A stretch of DNA of 63,972 nt, filler included, from Chiloscyllium plagiosum (taxonomy: Eukaryota), in NCBI RefSeq assembly GCF_004010195.1. It is 9 parts of 9 records of this genome, joined end to end, with 100 filler letters (N's around TTAATTAATTAA, not from the genome) between each part and the next. Parts side by side here need not be neighbours in the genome. Positions count along the whole stretch, not along the records: positions 8,902 to 38,245 come from NC_057746.1; 8 more parts are not named here. One strand, written 5' to 3'. Of this stretch, positions 12,771 through 25,520 are shown piece by piece. The notes beneath the pieces are model-generated. The model saw only the letters and a list, made by a program, of their open reading frames with translations, was not told the origin of the DNA and did no database searches. A program made the translations under genes and the position numbers. Every line of letters starts with the position of its first letter. The stretch's first letter is position 1.

Positions 12771-14694
12771 ATTTTGGATGTTATGGGGAGGTCATGGTTG
12801 ATCATCCATTTAATTGCCATAACTCCTCACTATCCCCTACCATTAGAAAATCGAAATTTATCAACCTCTGTCTTGAACTAACTTAATTACTGAGGTTTCA
12901 GAACCCTCTGAAGTAGAGAACTCCATAGATTCGCTATCCTCTGAGTGAGAAAGCTCTTCTGCACACAGTTCTATATGGCTTCACTTTTGTCTTGAGATGG
13001 TGTCCCTCAGCTCTAGACCCCCATGATAAATGTCCTTTCCCCATTTATTCTGTATATCTGTTGAATAACTTCAGATGTTTTAATGAAGTTGCCTCTCAAT
13101 TTTCTAAACTGCATAGAATACAGGCACAGTCGCCTCATCAGTCGCCACAGAATCTTCCCACCATCCCAGAAGTCAGTTTGCTAAACCTTTCCTGCTTTCC
13201 CCTCCAGGGAAGTTATGTCTATCCACAAGGTTGGGGACAATATCCACACACAATACTCCAGGGGCAGTCTCATCAGTGTTCTTTATAACTGAACTTAGGT
13301 CTGTGCTCAATCTCTTCTCGTGATAAAGGGTAACATTTTTTGCCTTCTGAGTCTCTTGCTGCTGCATCTGCATGCTAACTTTCAGTGACTTATGAACAGG
13401 ATTAGCTTTTTTATTAGTGCTACATTCCAACGGTTTTTTAAAAAATTGTTACCCACAGCTACAATCTATTTATTTGTAATAAATAATGATTATTATTCAG
13501 TTCAGAAATCTGGTTAGTGTTTTCTATCAATATCGGTCCGAAGGTCAGTGACACTGGGGAACGTTATGACCTTTTAAAAATATTTAACTTTTGTGCCGAT
13601 TCTGAAAATAGCAGGGATAGATTTGCAAGGTGGAACACCAGTTAAAGGCAACAACTCTTTTAGATTTCGCTTTCATAAATCCATGAAGACTCTATCCAAT
13701 CCGATCATTATTTTCTACCCATGAGGTAGTCTTTTTTATAATACATTCCGACATATTTCCATTGACGTCAAGTTAACAGGGCTCGAGTTAAGTCTTTGTC
13801 TCTCGGCCTCCATTCTGATACAGTGCGAGGAAACATGTAGAAGGTTCACCATTGCAAATTTAATCAAACATTGAAAGATATCAATATATCCACTTGTCTA
13901 TCTATCGAACTACTCATTAATTGATCTACCCTTCCACTTACCCATCTATCCACCCAATCCATCTTCTATTCATCCAACATCCATCTGTCCATCTCCTGAC
14001 CCAGGCACCCACCCACTTGTATACTTCTGAAATAAATTTATTTCACTTTAACAAAATGTTTTTTCAACAGAAATCAGACAAAGTCTCAGTGTCGTTTTCG
14101 GTTGATTATGCTGTTGGTGAGGTGTTAAACAAATTGTCAGCCAAGTAGAAAATTGTAATGGTAACCATTGAATCTGGTCCCTGAATGAGAATGCCAATAC
14201 CTGAAGAATTAAAAATTTATTTCCCAGCAACCTCCACAAATTCCACAGAACCCGTAATCTAAGTAGTTTTCTTAAACCTTTTTCGTGTTGTTACATAATA
14301 ACTGGAAATAATGTTCAGTTTTTGTGACATTGGCCACAGAATACTTCTGGATAACAACATATATTATTTGAAAGTTGCATAGACTTTGTAGGAAATAAAG
14401 GCTCATAGCAAGACTCGGGGCAGGAGACCATGAGGCAACCCAAGAAGACCTAGTCGAAGATCTAACCTTAACTGTGAGGCCCACCTTCATGGAAGAGAGC
14501 GTGCCCTTTATCAGACAGGATGGAAATTCCAACGGCCCAGCTCAAACTCGTGGATTGTTGTAGGAATATCCTTTTTCAGACAGCTATAACTTGAGAGAGA
14601 GTAAATATTGTGGTGATATGGGGAATGCTCACATGCTGTTAATAAGAAATATTTTGTTATTAAAGTTGAGTTGAACTGCAAACCAAGTTATGTG

Positions 14695-14821
14695 TCTCTT
14701 TGCCCACCTCACCGACAAGAGTGCGTGGGTAAAGTGTTTTTAATCTCTTTGTCCACCTCACCGGCAAGAGTGCATGGGTAAAATGTTTGTAATCTCTTTG
14801 TCCACCTTACTGACAAGAGTG
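14695..14821. repeat. 49-bp tandem repeat (~2.6 copies) in an LTR-like segment
   Basis: tctctttgYccacctcaccgRcaagagtg.. units at 14695, 14744 and 14793. Confidence 0.85.
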
Positions 14822-15989
14822 TTTTAATACATAAAGTGGTCTACGTGCCCAAAGTACAGACATCACGTACGCATTCTTGACTAGATATAATGGGCCACTT
14901 TATTCATAGAGTTGACCAACAGTATTTAATAAATAACACCAGCACGACATTAACTGATAAAGGAACTCGAGATTGAATGATTGCCAGAAGAAGTTTTATC
15001 GCTGCACACTTGACTTTCTGAATAGAATGTGGTTGAACCTATAGTAGGCCACCAGCCCCAAGAGGAAAGGCATCAAATCAAAGTGGAATTATTCAACCAT
15101 TACGCAAGCGCTGTTTGATAACACTGATGACTAAGATTAAAGTGATGGAGAGATACTTGGTTGGGTTAGTTATGTCCTGGGTTTTAAAAACAGGGAATGT
15201 CATAACATATTGTTGAGGACGTGTCAATATTCTTATTGTAATGGAACAGCTCAGCTAGGAGTGTGGCAAATCCTGTAGCACATACCTTCAGTACCATTGT
15301 TGAAATGTCAGAGCCCATATCCTTTGCAGTATCTAGTGCTTTCATCTCTTTCTTGATATCACGTTGAGTGAATCAAAGGCTGAAGACAGTCAGTTGTGAT
15401 GCTAGTAACCTCTGGAGAAGCCATGATGAATCATCCCCTTTGCATTTCTGTTTGACGATTATATCAAATATTTCAGTTTTAACTTTTATATTGATGTGTT
15501 GGGCTCGCCCATCATTGAGGATGGGAATATTTATGCAGCCTGTGAGTTAATTGTGTGCCAATGTACATGATTGGATGTAGCAGGACTACAGAACTTCGGT
15601 CTGATCCCTTGGTTGTTCAATCATTCAGCTCTGTCTATCACTTCACTCAAGTTTATAGCTTCAATAGATTGACACCTCATTTTTAGCTATACCTGGTTCT
15701 GACCCAGACATCTACGCCTGAATTCTTCCTTGAATCAGGACGTATCCCTGGCTTTCTGGTAATGGGAGAGAAATTGAAATTCCAGGCCTTGAGGTGGCAC
15801 ATTGTGTTCCAGTACAATTCTGCTGCGGCAGATGGTGTACAGCATCTCAGAGAAACTGAGCCCTGAGTTGCTTCATCTGGTCGAACTCTACTCCATTTAG
15901 CATGGTAGTAGTACCAAACAACATGATGCATGCGCTCAGTGTGAAGTTGAGACTTTGTCTCAGGCAAGGGCCAATAGATGGTCACACAA

Positions 15990-16300
15990 GGGTGGCACAG
16001 TAGCTCAGTGGTTAGCACTGCTGCCTCACAGCACCAGGGTCCCAGGTTCCGTTCCAGCCTCGAGCGACTGTCTGTGAGGGGTTTGCACATTCTCTCCGTG
16101 TCTCTGCGGGTTTCCTCCGGGTGCTCCGGTTTCCTCCCACAGTCCAAAGATGTGCAGGTCATGTGAATTGGCCAGGCTAAATTGCCCACAGTGATAGTCA
16201 GAGGGAAATGGGTGTGGATGGGTTACTCTTCGGGGGGTTTGTGTGGTCTGGTTGGGCCGAAGGGTCTGTTTCCACACTGTAGGGAATCTAATCTAATCTT
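15990..16300 (+). mobile_element. tRNA-derived V-SINE (HE1-like)
   Basis: A/B-box head gggtggcacagtagctcagtggttagcac, V-domain gggtttcctccgggtgctccggtttcctcccacagtccaaagatgtgcagg, (aatct)n tail. Confidence 0.85.
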
Positions 16301-18196
16301 CTACTCCTCCTGTTATGAATGGATGTGCAGCTGCAGCAGGCAGATTGGTGAAGATGAAGTCATTCCCTTTCCTTCGTTCCCTCACCACCTGCTGCAGACT
16401 TGGTTAGCAGCTATGCCTTCTAGGACTCGACCAGCTTGGTCAATAACGTTGCTATCGAGGAAATCCTGGTGATGCACTTTAAAGTTGGCCACCACAGAGT
16501 AGATTCTGTGCAACTGACATATGGGCGAGTATTGATTCGTCAGCCAAAAGGGTGAGAAATGAGGTTGTCAGCAGATTTCATTCTGCATGTTTCCAAACAG
16601 AACCACCCTTTTCCTTGATGGTTTGAGAATTAATGGGGTCCATGGGAACACCCATGGTAAGGCCAGCCTGATGTTCTCCCACTTCATAACCACATCTGCT
16701 GGGCCTTTCTGACGTTAGACAGAACCTCATTGAGAAAGAATATGGTCGAAGCATTCAAACCCGCCAGATGATATTTTTTTGGCGGGATCAGCTGCTCCTG
16801 ATTCAGGAAGCTCACCTGAAACGTTAAATAGGCAGCCTTCTTCATTGACACTAATCTAACCTGTCTAATGTTCTCAGCCTTGTTTCAGAATTTCTTCACT
16901 GACGGTTCACAGAAACAGACACTGCAACGTACAAATGGGGAGCAACTGTAAGCCATTTGGCCCCTCGAGCCCTATACCGCCACTCAACATGTTCATGGTT
17001 TTGATTACTCCAACACTCCCACCTCTCTCTCTGATGACCTTTCACCCACTTGCTAACCGTGATGTTCCCTGCCTCCACATTCAAAGACATACCAACTCTC
17101 TGTCTCTACCACCTTTTAGAGTCATAGAGACATACAGCACAGAAACAGACCCTTCGGTCCAACTCGTCCATGCCAACCAGATTTCCCAACCCAATCTAGT
17201 CCCACCTGCCAGCACCCGGCCCATATCCTTCTAAACCCTTCCTATTCATATACCCATCCAGATGCCTTTTAAATGTTGCAATCATACCAGCCTCCACCAC
17301 TTCCTCTGGCAGCTCATTCCATACGCGTACCACCCTCTGCATGAAAAATGCCCCTCATGTCTCTTTTATATCTCTCCCCTCTCACCCTAAACCCTCTCGT
17401 TCTGGAGGAAGGTTTTTTTCCGAGCTAAAAATAATATTTTCTACAGCACAGTGGTGACATCATTCTTGGATAACTGTAATTGCTGTATTCATTTAAAGAA
17501 AAATGTCTATGTATGGAAGTCATTCAGAAAATGCCCACGAGCCTGGAACCGGCAGGTTGTCTCAGGAGGAAAGGGGGAGTAAGCTTGGGTTAGATCAGCT
17601 GGAGATTAGAAGCGTAAACCCGCTAGACTTTCCTGAAATCTATATGTACCGCTGTCAAAATGTAAAATCAAAATGTCTAAACCCTGCAAGAGAAAAACCA
17701 AAAATCCTCATCTGCATCTTAAATGGAGAGCCCTTCTGTAAAAACAAAAGGGACAGCGATACATTTTGCCAGATTCTACAATAAGCAGTGACGTTGTCTC
17801 TGACTCCACTCTGTACATATGGATTTCAGGTAACTCACCTCTTACGCTTCTAAACTCCAATGGCTTGCCCAAACTTTCCACCTTATACAATCTGCCAGTT
17901 CGAGACTAATGCGCATTTTCTGAGTGACTTCGATACATTTACATTTTTTCTTTAAATAAGGACAGCCATCACACGCACAGTTATCCAAGAATGATTTCAC
18001 CACTGTCCTGTAGAAATTAGTAATTTTGTATTCGATTCCTCTGACAATAAACAACGATACTAAATTAGCATTCTGTTCAGTTGCTGTGCCTGCACACTTG
18101 TTCGTTCACGCACTAGCATACCCAGACCACTCGGGAACCGTGCGTAATCGAAAAGACCACATTCCAGTCATGAGGAAAGAGTAAAACCATGCATAC

Positions 18197-18559
18197 CAAA
18201 ATAGAGAACGAGAAGGTGTTAAGCAACTCTTTCCATTGCATCACAGCTGTATTCGCACAGAAGACGAGCGGTCATTTTCTTGGCACACGTTCATGGGCAA
18301 GTCGGACGCACGGGTCTGTAGACAAAAATGGCTCTGATCATAAGCAGCTGGGCAGCGATTGTGCTTTCTGATAACAAAGTTTTCAATGCATTTTATGTAA
18401 CTGATAATGTCCATGCAGATTGCCCATTGTTCGCAGCTGGCAGACTCCGTGCAAAAATAAGCATAAGGAATTTCGTTCCTTTTGTAAAGTTGCATTTAAA
18501 ATTACAGATGGCCTTTGCTGTCCAGACAAGCTAATGTGTTTCTCTGACTCCCATCGCGA
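18197..18559 (-). pseudogene. Decayed V-type Ig-domain exon of an unidentified receptor
   Basis: 363 nt between acceptor aaatgcAG| and donor G|GTATGC. Across frameshifts reads ISLSGQQRPSVIL(K)CNFTKG / YAYFCTESASC..CMDII / MTARLLCEYSCDAME. An upstream G|GTAAGC donor lies at 18730. Confidence 0.4.
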
Positions 18560-20599
18560 CTGCATTTAAAATCGAATTTTGGCGTCGTCACAGCAAACTC
18601 TTGTGTCCCTTTTCTGTCAGCAATAAGAGAAAGGCTGATCGCTCAAGGAGTCAAGAGCAATTTTGTCCAGGTTACTGTAGGCTTACATTTTCTAACTGTT
18701 CTTCAAAAGTATTGCGGAGGACTTGCTTACCATAATCACACCGAGTGAAAAAAACTCTTATTTTGTATAATTTCAGACGCTAGTGGTATGATGCAAATTT
18801 TCTGTCCAGTCCAAGCATCACAAGCATGTGAGGAGTATATGGTCCAGTATCTGTAATTGCTCATTATTATGCAACAGTAACGCGACACTTTAGTCAGTTA
18901 AGTTGATATATTTCTTAATTTGTTTCCAACTTCTTGCTAATATTCATGACGCTAATTATCATTTCCAGTTAGATACAGTTGAATGAGCATTATAACTAAC
19001 TCGTTATAAAAATTGTCATTGTGCAATGATCGCGTCTAAAGGTAACTGGATTATAGTGCTAACAGTTAACCTATACTCACGCTGTTAACTACATGAAATG
19101 TGGAATTCATGTTGTTATGCTCACTTGTCTTGTTCATTTATACATTGACGCAGATGTTCTATGCTGTCAGAAACACGCAACGACGATTATCCTCCAATTC
19201 ATTTAATGCACCAGTTAACCCAATAGCGATTAGAGGCAAAGATATTGCAATGGTAGGACATGATGTGAAGCAAGCCAATTAACTATGCACTTTAGGAAAT
19301 GCAGAAAACCAATTTGGAATACAAATGGAATGTTTTTTTAAGAATGTATTTAATACAAGAAAGCAAGAATGAACTCTTGGTCAGAAGGAAGGAAAACAAA
19401 TGATTGGGGCAAGTCAGGACCCAAGACCAAGAGGACGCAATTAAAATATTTTCTTCATATCAATTTGTTATGGACCAGACCAAGCGCCCTCAAAATATAC
19501 AGAAGGTACTCTAGACCCTAATTGTTTTCTTATTTTAGAAGTAAGTGCCAGGTGTTGCATCCTGGATTAGTCAAACTACCAGATTTAAAGCAAAACACAC
19601 TTTAATCATAGTTAAAACACAAGAAAAGAAGGAAGAAAATTGAATAATTTGACACTACTGGAAAATTTAACAGAATGAGAGATGATCCAACTACTAAACA
19701 GTAATTGTTCCAATGCAGTAACACCCTTTGCAAAAGGCAATTTCTGTATCACAGTTTATCTCAAATGCAATTCTAACAGCAGTAGAAAAAATATCAAGAG
19801 AAACCCCTGAGATAGAGTGAGCAGCAGGGAGAGATGTGTTGAGGCTCTCACCCAGCTTCGAGACCCCAGCAGTTATAAATGAAAAACAAATTAAAACTGA
19901 AAACGCTGGTTTTGTGGGAGTTTGTCCCATTCCTTCGGGCTGCTTCTATACTCATTACTTTTAAAAGAAACTCCACGCCTCACCGGCGGGTAACTTTATG
20001 GAACCCAATAGACAGCTTAGTGCCATTGTCTTAAAACCGTTCTTCAAAAAAACATAACAGGAACAAAATATACTTCTTAAGCCATAATAAAGTCACAAAT
20101 TAAAGTGACTAATACATGACAAACCAAAAACAAATGCCACAATTAATTGCAGGTTACTCAAATTAATAAGGCAAGTATGATTCCTCAGGAGTAGATAGCC
20201 AGTTTTCATTTATCTTCTTGTGGCTTGTCGTCAACGCTGCCTGGTCCAGAATTCTTTGCTCATCTTTAATTATATTTAAGAAGGTGGCCATGACCAACTT
20301 TCTGGAGAAGCTGCGGAATATAGCTGCAATAATAGCAATCTTTGGAAGGACGTTCAGTACTATCAGACTGCGACAGTGAAAGAACAGTGGTATGATTTGA
20401 TGACAGGATGCTGTGTGCTCAAAATGGAACGTGCAACTGGTGCTGTTAATGTGTGTGTGCTGGTAGCGATCATTTGGAAGGTGCTGTCAAAGGAGGTATC
20501 CTTACTGGATGCACTGCATTTTGCAAATGGAGCACACTGTATGGTGGAGACAGCCAATGCTCAATTGTGCAGTTAAAGTGCCAATCATGACTTTAGACG

Positions 20600-20798
20600 T
20601 TAGATTAGATTACAGTGTGCAAACAGGCCCTTCGGCCCAACAAGTCCACACTGACCCGCCGAAGCGAAACCCACCCATTCCCCTACATTTACCCCTTACC
20701 TAACACTACGGGCAATTTAGCATGGCCAATTCACCTGACCCCCGGGTCTCTGGCGCTGTGAGGCAGCAGTGCTAACCACTGTGCCACCGTGCCACCCA
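20600..20798 (-). mobile_element. V-SINE (HE1-like), internally deleted
   Basis: Reverse-complement SINE head (..ccactgtgccaccgtgccaccc) joined directly to the tail. Confidence 0.8.
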
Positions 20799-23358
20799 TC
20801 ATGTGGACAGCTTGCTAACTGTTATTGGGTTGCACACATCCAGACACGTGGATATTAGTTCATTTCACTCGTGACTTCGCCTGTGATGGTGGGCAGCCTT
20901 TGGAAATCAGGAGGAGTGTTTTGTTTTTATACTTGGGAGTCACTGGCCAGCCCACAAGTGGCAGAATCCCCAATCTTTGATGTGCTCCAGTAGTTGCAGT
21001 ATTTACATGATCTACTAGTTCACTTTCTGACCAGGGTAATCCCCAGAATATTAATAGTGAAGGATCAATTGCCATTGCCTTGCATTAGGTGGCACAAATG
21101 TAACCTGTTCCTGTCAGCCCAGCCCTGGATATTTCCTAGGTCTTGTTGCATTTGGAAAGAAGCTGATTTTGAAGCTGAGGATATGTGAGTGGCAATGATC
21201 AGTGAACACCCGCATTTCTCACTGTGTGATGGTGGGAATGTCAGTGATTAATTAATTGAGAATAGTTCTATTCATCGAAGATAACAATACTGCAGTACAC
21301 TGATTGACCACTACGTCTTAGCAACATGAAAATTCCCCCCTCTCTCTGTCTCTCTCTCTCTCTTATATATATATATAATTTATATATATATAATTTATAT
21401 CCACACATATACACAAGCTCTCTGGTCTCAATACAACTTCTGTGTCAAGGTCTGATATTGTCATGTCATTATTAGCTGAGGTAAAGTGATTAAGAGCTGG
21501 GAGGCCATGCTGAAACTGTATAAAATGTCCTTTAGGCTACAGCTAAATTATTGTGTGTAGTTCTGGAATTGGAATTCACATTATAGTACAGATGTGATCG
21601 CCCTGGGGAGGGTACAGATGAGATTGACCAAGATGTTGTCATTGTTGGGGCAAATAGATTGTTTGGAATTGAGATTATTTCCTTCAGAGTAGATGAGATT
21701 GAGAGGGCATGATGCAGGTGCATAAAACTATGAGGAAAATAGAGAGGGTGGGTGGGAATTAACTTCTGCCCTTGGTGGAGGGGGCCAGTGACCAGGGTTG
21801 AGAGGAGATGCAAGGATAAACGTTTTCACACAGTCGGAAGCTGACACTCACTGCTTGAAAGGTTAATAGAGGCAGTAATCCTCGTGGCATTTAACATGTA
21901 TTTAGATGCGCACTTCTGACGGCAAGCATGCAAATTTACAGGGCAAGTGATGGAAAATGGGATTAGAATTGTTCAGAGGTTGTTTTGGTCAGGGCAGAGT
22001 CAGTGGCCAAAAAGCCTTTTTCTGCGCTGACAGCTGTAAGAATCTATGGTTCAAGGACATGGGGTAAACATATTAAAGTTTGAAATGTCTCTTTCCAACA
22101 TCAATTATACCAGTAAACCAGTAACTGGGTTTCATTTCGCTTTTTATTTTAGAAAACAAAATGACTTAGGGAAAAACATTTACTACCATTTATTTTAAAC
22201 AAAAGAATTGGATTTATGTGCATTGTTCAACTTAATCGGGTTAAGACATTTCCTATTTATGTAATAACATAACCGTGTTCAAATATTTCACTTGCCCCAG
22301 GGATAGTAACGCTTTAACATTCCATGGTGGCTCATTCAATACTTCACTGAACTATTTCATGAATAGGAAGTATTTAGAGGGATATGGACCAAATGCTGGG
22401 AAACGGGACTACACTAATTGAGGATATCTGGTCGACATGGACGAGCTGGATCAAAAGGTCTGGTTCCATGCAGTACAACTCTATGAGTCTATGACAGGGT
22501 CTTTATTTCAAGGCAGCTATGAATGCCGTTTCAGGATGGTTCAGAGATTATCTGAAACCAGAGGTCGACATTTTCTGATAGCAATCAAAGTTAAAATGGT
22601 TTGTTCCACTAGTTGTTTCCAGACGTTTCTGTTTCCATGAAGCAATTGAGTTTGTAAAACAAAGGGTGTGCATGTATAGAATGAGCTGTCAGAGGAAGTG
22701 ATGGAGGCTGGTATAATTACAAATTTAAAAGGCATCTGGATGGGTACAGGAATAGAAAGGGTTTAAAGGGATATGGGCCAAATGCTGGCAAATGGGACTA
22801 GATTGATAAACATATCTGGGTGGCGTGGACAAGTTGGACCAGACGGTCTGTTACCATGTTGTACAGCTCCATGACTCTATGACACTTTATCACGTGTGCC
22901 ACTTGTTTACATGACTCGGGTATGGCAGCTATGCATTAGGAAGCATGAAGAACTGTGACCGCACGGTTCTGTAGCAGACATATCCCTGACGGTTGTCTGT
23001 CCAGTCCATCAATATAAAATGTTGGGAGTGCAGATTCCAAAGGCATCAGCAGCGTGGTGGGATCCATCTTCAATCGTGAGAAGGGTTTCGGAAGATTCCA
23101 TCCAAAATATTTACCTAAGATAAACAGAATTCAACTGTATTAATAATGTAGAGTTAATTATATCCAATGTATACTACCTATGATGCTTGCATGGACAGCA
23201 ATAATAGTTCCATATAATACCAGAGTATCAGGAAGCGGTTCCCAATCTAGCCAAGGCGAAGTTTTGGTCAACAGTTGCTCGTATTTCTCTCTTTGTTTAT
23301 GATTTCTTTCGTCATTAACAGATTTTTAAAGTCCAAGCTATTTCCTGTTTCATAATAG

Positions 23359-23698
23359 GACAAACGCTTGGAAACATCACGGTGATCCAGAGCCCACCCC
23401 CTGATTACTGCATCCGAAGGTGAAACTCTATTTCTGCACTGTATATGTAACGGGCAAATACGGATAGGTGCATACAAGTGGCACCTCTATGTTCGAGGGG
23501 GCACTGCAGTGTCCAACAAAACTGTGCACTACAGAGGGCGTGTGTTCTTTCCAGACAGGGAGGCCTGCTTGGTAACAAAAGATGCATCGCTAAAAATCAC
23601 TGACACCAAAATGAGTGATTCTGGAATCTATTATTGTGAAATGGAGTACACGATTTACGGAGCAAGATATGGGACAGGAACAAACCTTAAAGTGACAA
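23359..23698 (+). pseudogene. NCR3: NKp30/NCR3-like single-exon VJ-type Ig domain (+1 frameshift in C5 run)
   Basis: Acceptor cataatAG|GA, donor ACA A|GTTAGT, phase 1-1. GQTLGNITVIQSPP/LITASEGETLFLHCICNGQIRIGAYKWHLYVRGGTAVSNKTVHYRGRVFFPDREACLVTKDASLKITDTKMSDSGIYYCEMEYTIYGARYGTGTNLKVT shares NKp30 motifs IG..W, G..V.N.T..(F/Y)RGR, A.L.I.D, IY.C..E and G.GT.L.V. Confidence 0.8.
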
Positions 23699-24099
23699 GT
23701 TAGTATTTGATTACTGGTCTGGCCACTAATTCCCAGGCGAATTGTGGCAAAGTGTAACTTGGAACAAGGTCTTTCTTTCTGCATGACTGGAACTTCAGAG
23801 TTTTAAAGACTCAAGGGCTGATTCTTACGCTGAGATCTTCAGTGCAGGATGACCCGAACCTCAAAGAAATCAATTAACTCCAAACACTAACTAGAACTGG
23901 CATTCAGTTCAAAACCGCCAGATTTCATAGGTCACTTTCAATGGACAAAATCCACAGCTGATCGGTAGAACGACTTGTAGAATGAGGGAATAAATGCGCC
24001 AGGAGCAGGCACGTGGGACTAGTTTGATTTGGGATTATGTTCGGCATGGACTGTTTGGACCGAAAGATCTGTTCCCTTACTGTATGACTGTGTATGCCT

Positions 24100-24760
24100 T
24101 CATATTCACCTCGCCCACCTGTCCTGATGCCTTAAGTGATTGTTGTGCATGCACACCAAGGTCCCTCTGATTCTCGCTGCTTAGCAGAGAGCTACTATTC
24201 ATCAGCTATTTCCTTGTCTAGAGTGTGCTGCCAAGTGCATTCCAGATTGAGTGCCAGTTGCCACTGCCCAATCAACTCCCTCTTCCGTATCCTCTGTATC
24301 TAACTTTGTCCACCTCAGTATTTACCAGCCCCGCCCATTTTGAATCATCTGCAAACTTACTGATCAATCCTCCCACCTTCAAGTCAAAGCCATTTATCTC
24401 AACCGCAAACAGCACGGATCTCAACAATGACGGCCGAGGAACCCTACTGGACACAGACCTACTGCTGGAAAAACACCTCGCAGGAACTACCCTCTGCTTT
24501 CTTCCTCTCAGCCAACTGTGGGATCGAATGTGCCAAATTTCCTTGGGATTCCATGTTCTATTGGTCTCTCATGTCAAGATTTGCTTAAGTCCAAGTAGAC
24601 TACAGCAAAAGCATTGCTCTCCTCGACGAACAATTCAGTGAAGTTGGCCAGACATGACATATCCTTAACAAAACCATACTGACTTGATTAATCAGTGCAT
24701 CGCCAAAAGCAGGTTAATTCTATCCCTTGAAATGGTTGCAATATCTCCCATCAGCAAGGT
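24100..24760 (-). mobile_element. Degraded CR1 RT fragment
   Basis: GGLISKFADDSK motif. Confidence 0.8.
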
Positions 24761-25236
24761 TAGTCTGGACACACAAACAAAACATTTCCGAGCAAAGACT
24801 GTGAACTAAAAGAAAAAGAGTCTTGTTGACTTGGTGAAAGAAATAAACGACCTATCCTGAAAAGATTCACAATGCTTCTCGTCCCCTGAGTAGTTGCTGT
24901 CAAGTAGAAAAACCACACAATCTCTGCATAACGAGTGCCTCGCACAACCTGAAGTGCAAATACCGAACGATCAAGTCATTTCTTTTTAATTCTTCTTTTA
25001 GAAAAGTGCTACAACTTGTCGGTGAATCGCCTGAAGTAATGGCTTCAGTTTAATGGCCTAACATAAAGATGACACATGCGCAGATATGTGTTGCTCTGCT
25101 TACGTATGACAGAAAAACCCCACATAGAAAAATGTTTCAGTGGTGATGTATCCCGACAGTGATAGTGTTGCGATACATGTGAAATAACAAACAACACCCA
25201 TTTTCAAGTTTTAAACTAATGTTTGTTTTTGTACAG

Positions 25237-25293
25237 ATATACGCTAATCACAGAATGAATGGAGAACGATAACTATCAAAAGTACAATAACAA
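25237..25293 (+). pseudogene. Putative Thr-rich stalk exon of the NKp30-like gene (in-frame stop)
   Basis: tttgtacAG|..|GTATGT, 57 nt, phase 1-1: NIR*SQNEWRTITIKSTIT. Confidence 0.5.
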
Positions 25294-25344
25294 GTATGTT
25301 ATTTATTTTTTTTTTGTTTTGATCCTCCACCCACATGCCATCAG

Positions 25345-25520
25345 ATCCAGCTAATGCCACAAGGATCCTTTGGACCACCAGAGCAGTGGTAAAGGTTGGA
25401 TTGGTCCTCACAGCGATTTACTTCAATCGACGCTCCTGTCCCATTAAAGATACTAACGCTGAAACTAAAGAACCAGAATTTTTTTTTATTCACATTTGCA
25501 CAGGGAAGGACATGGATTAG
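25345..25520 (+). pseudogene. Putative TM/cytoplasmic exon of the NKp30-like gene
   Basis: catcAG|AT CCA (phase 1): PANATRILWTTRAVVKVGLVLTAIYFNRR.. Arg near the TM start as in NKp30; four residues shorter than the paralogous TM at 38139. Confidence 0.6.

Noticed and set aside
15990-16060. tRNA gene
   Set aside because: tRNA-derived SINE head followed by a V-domain and tail; many copies in the window.
19118-19162. MLLCSLVLFIYTLTQ as the leader exon of the NKp30-like gene
   Set aside because: Hydrophobic and plausibly placed, but no usable phase-1 GT donor follows, so it cannot be supported.
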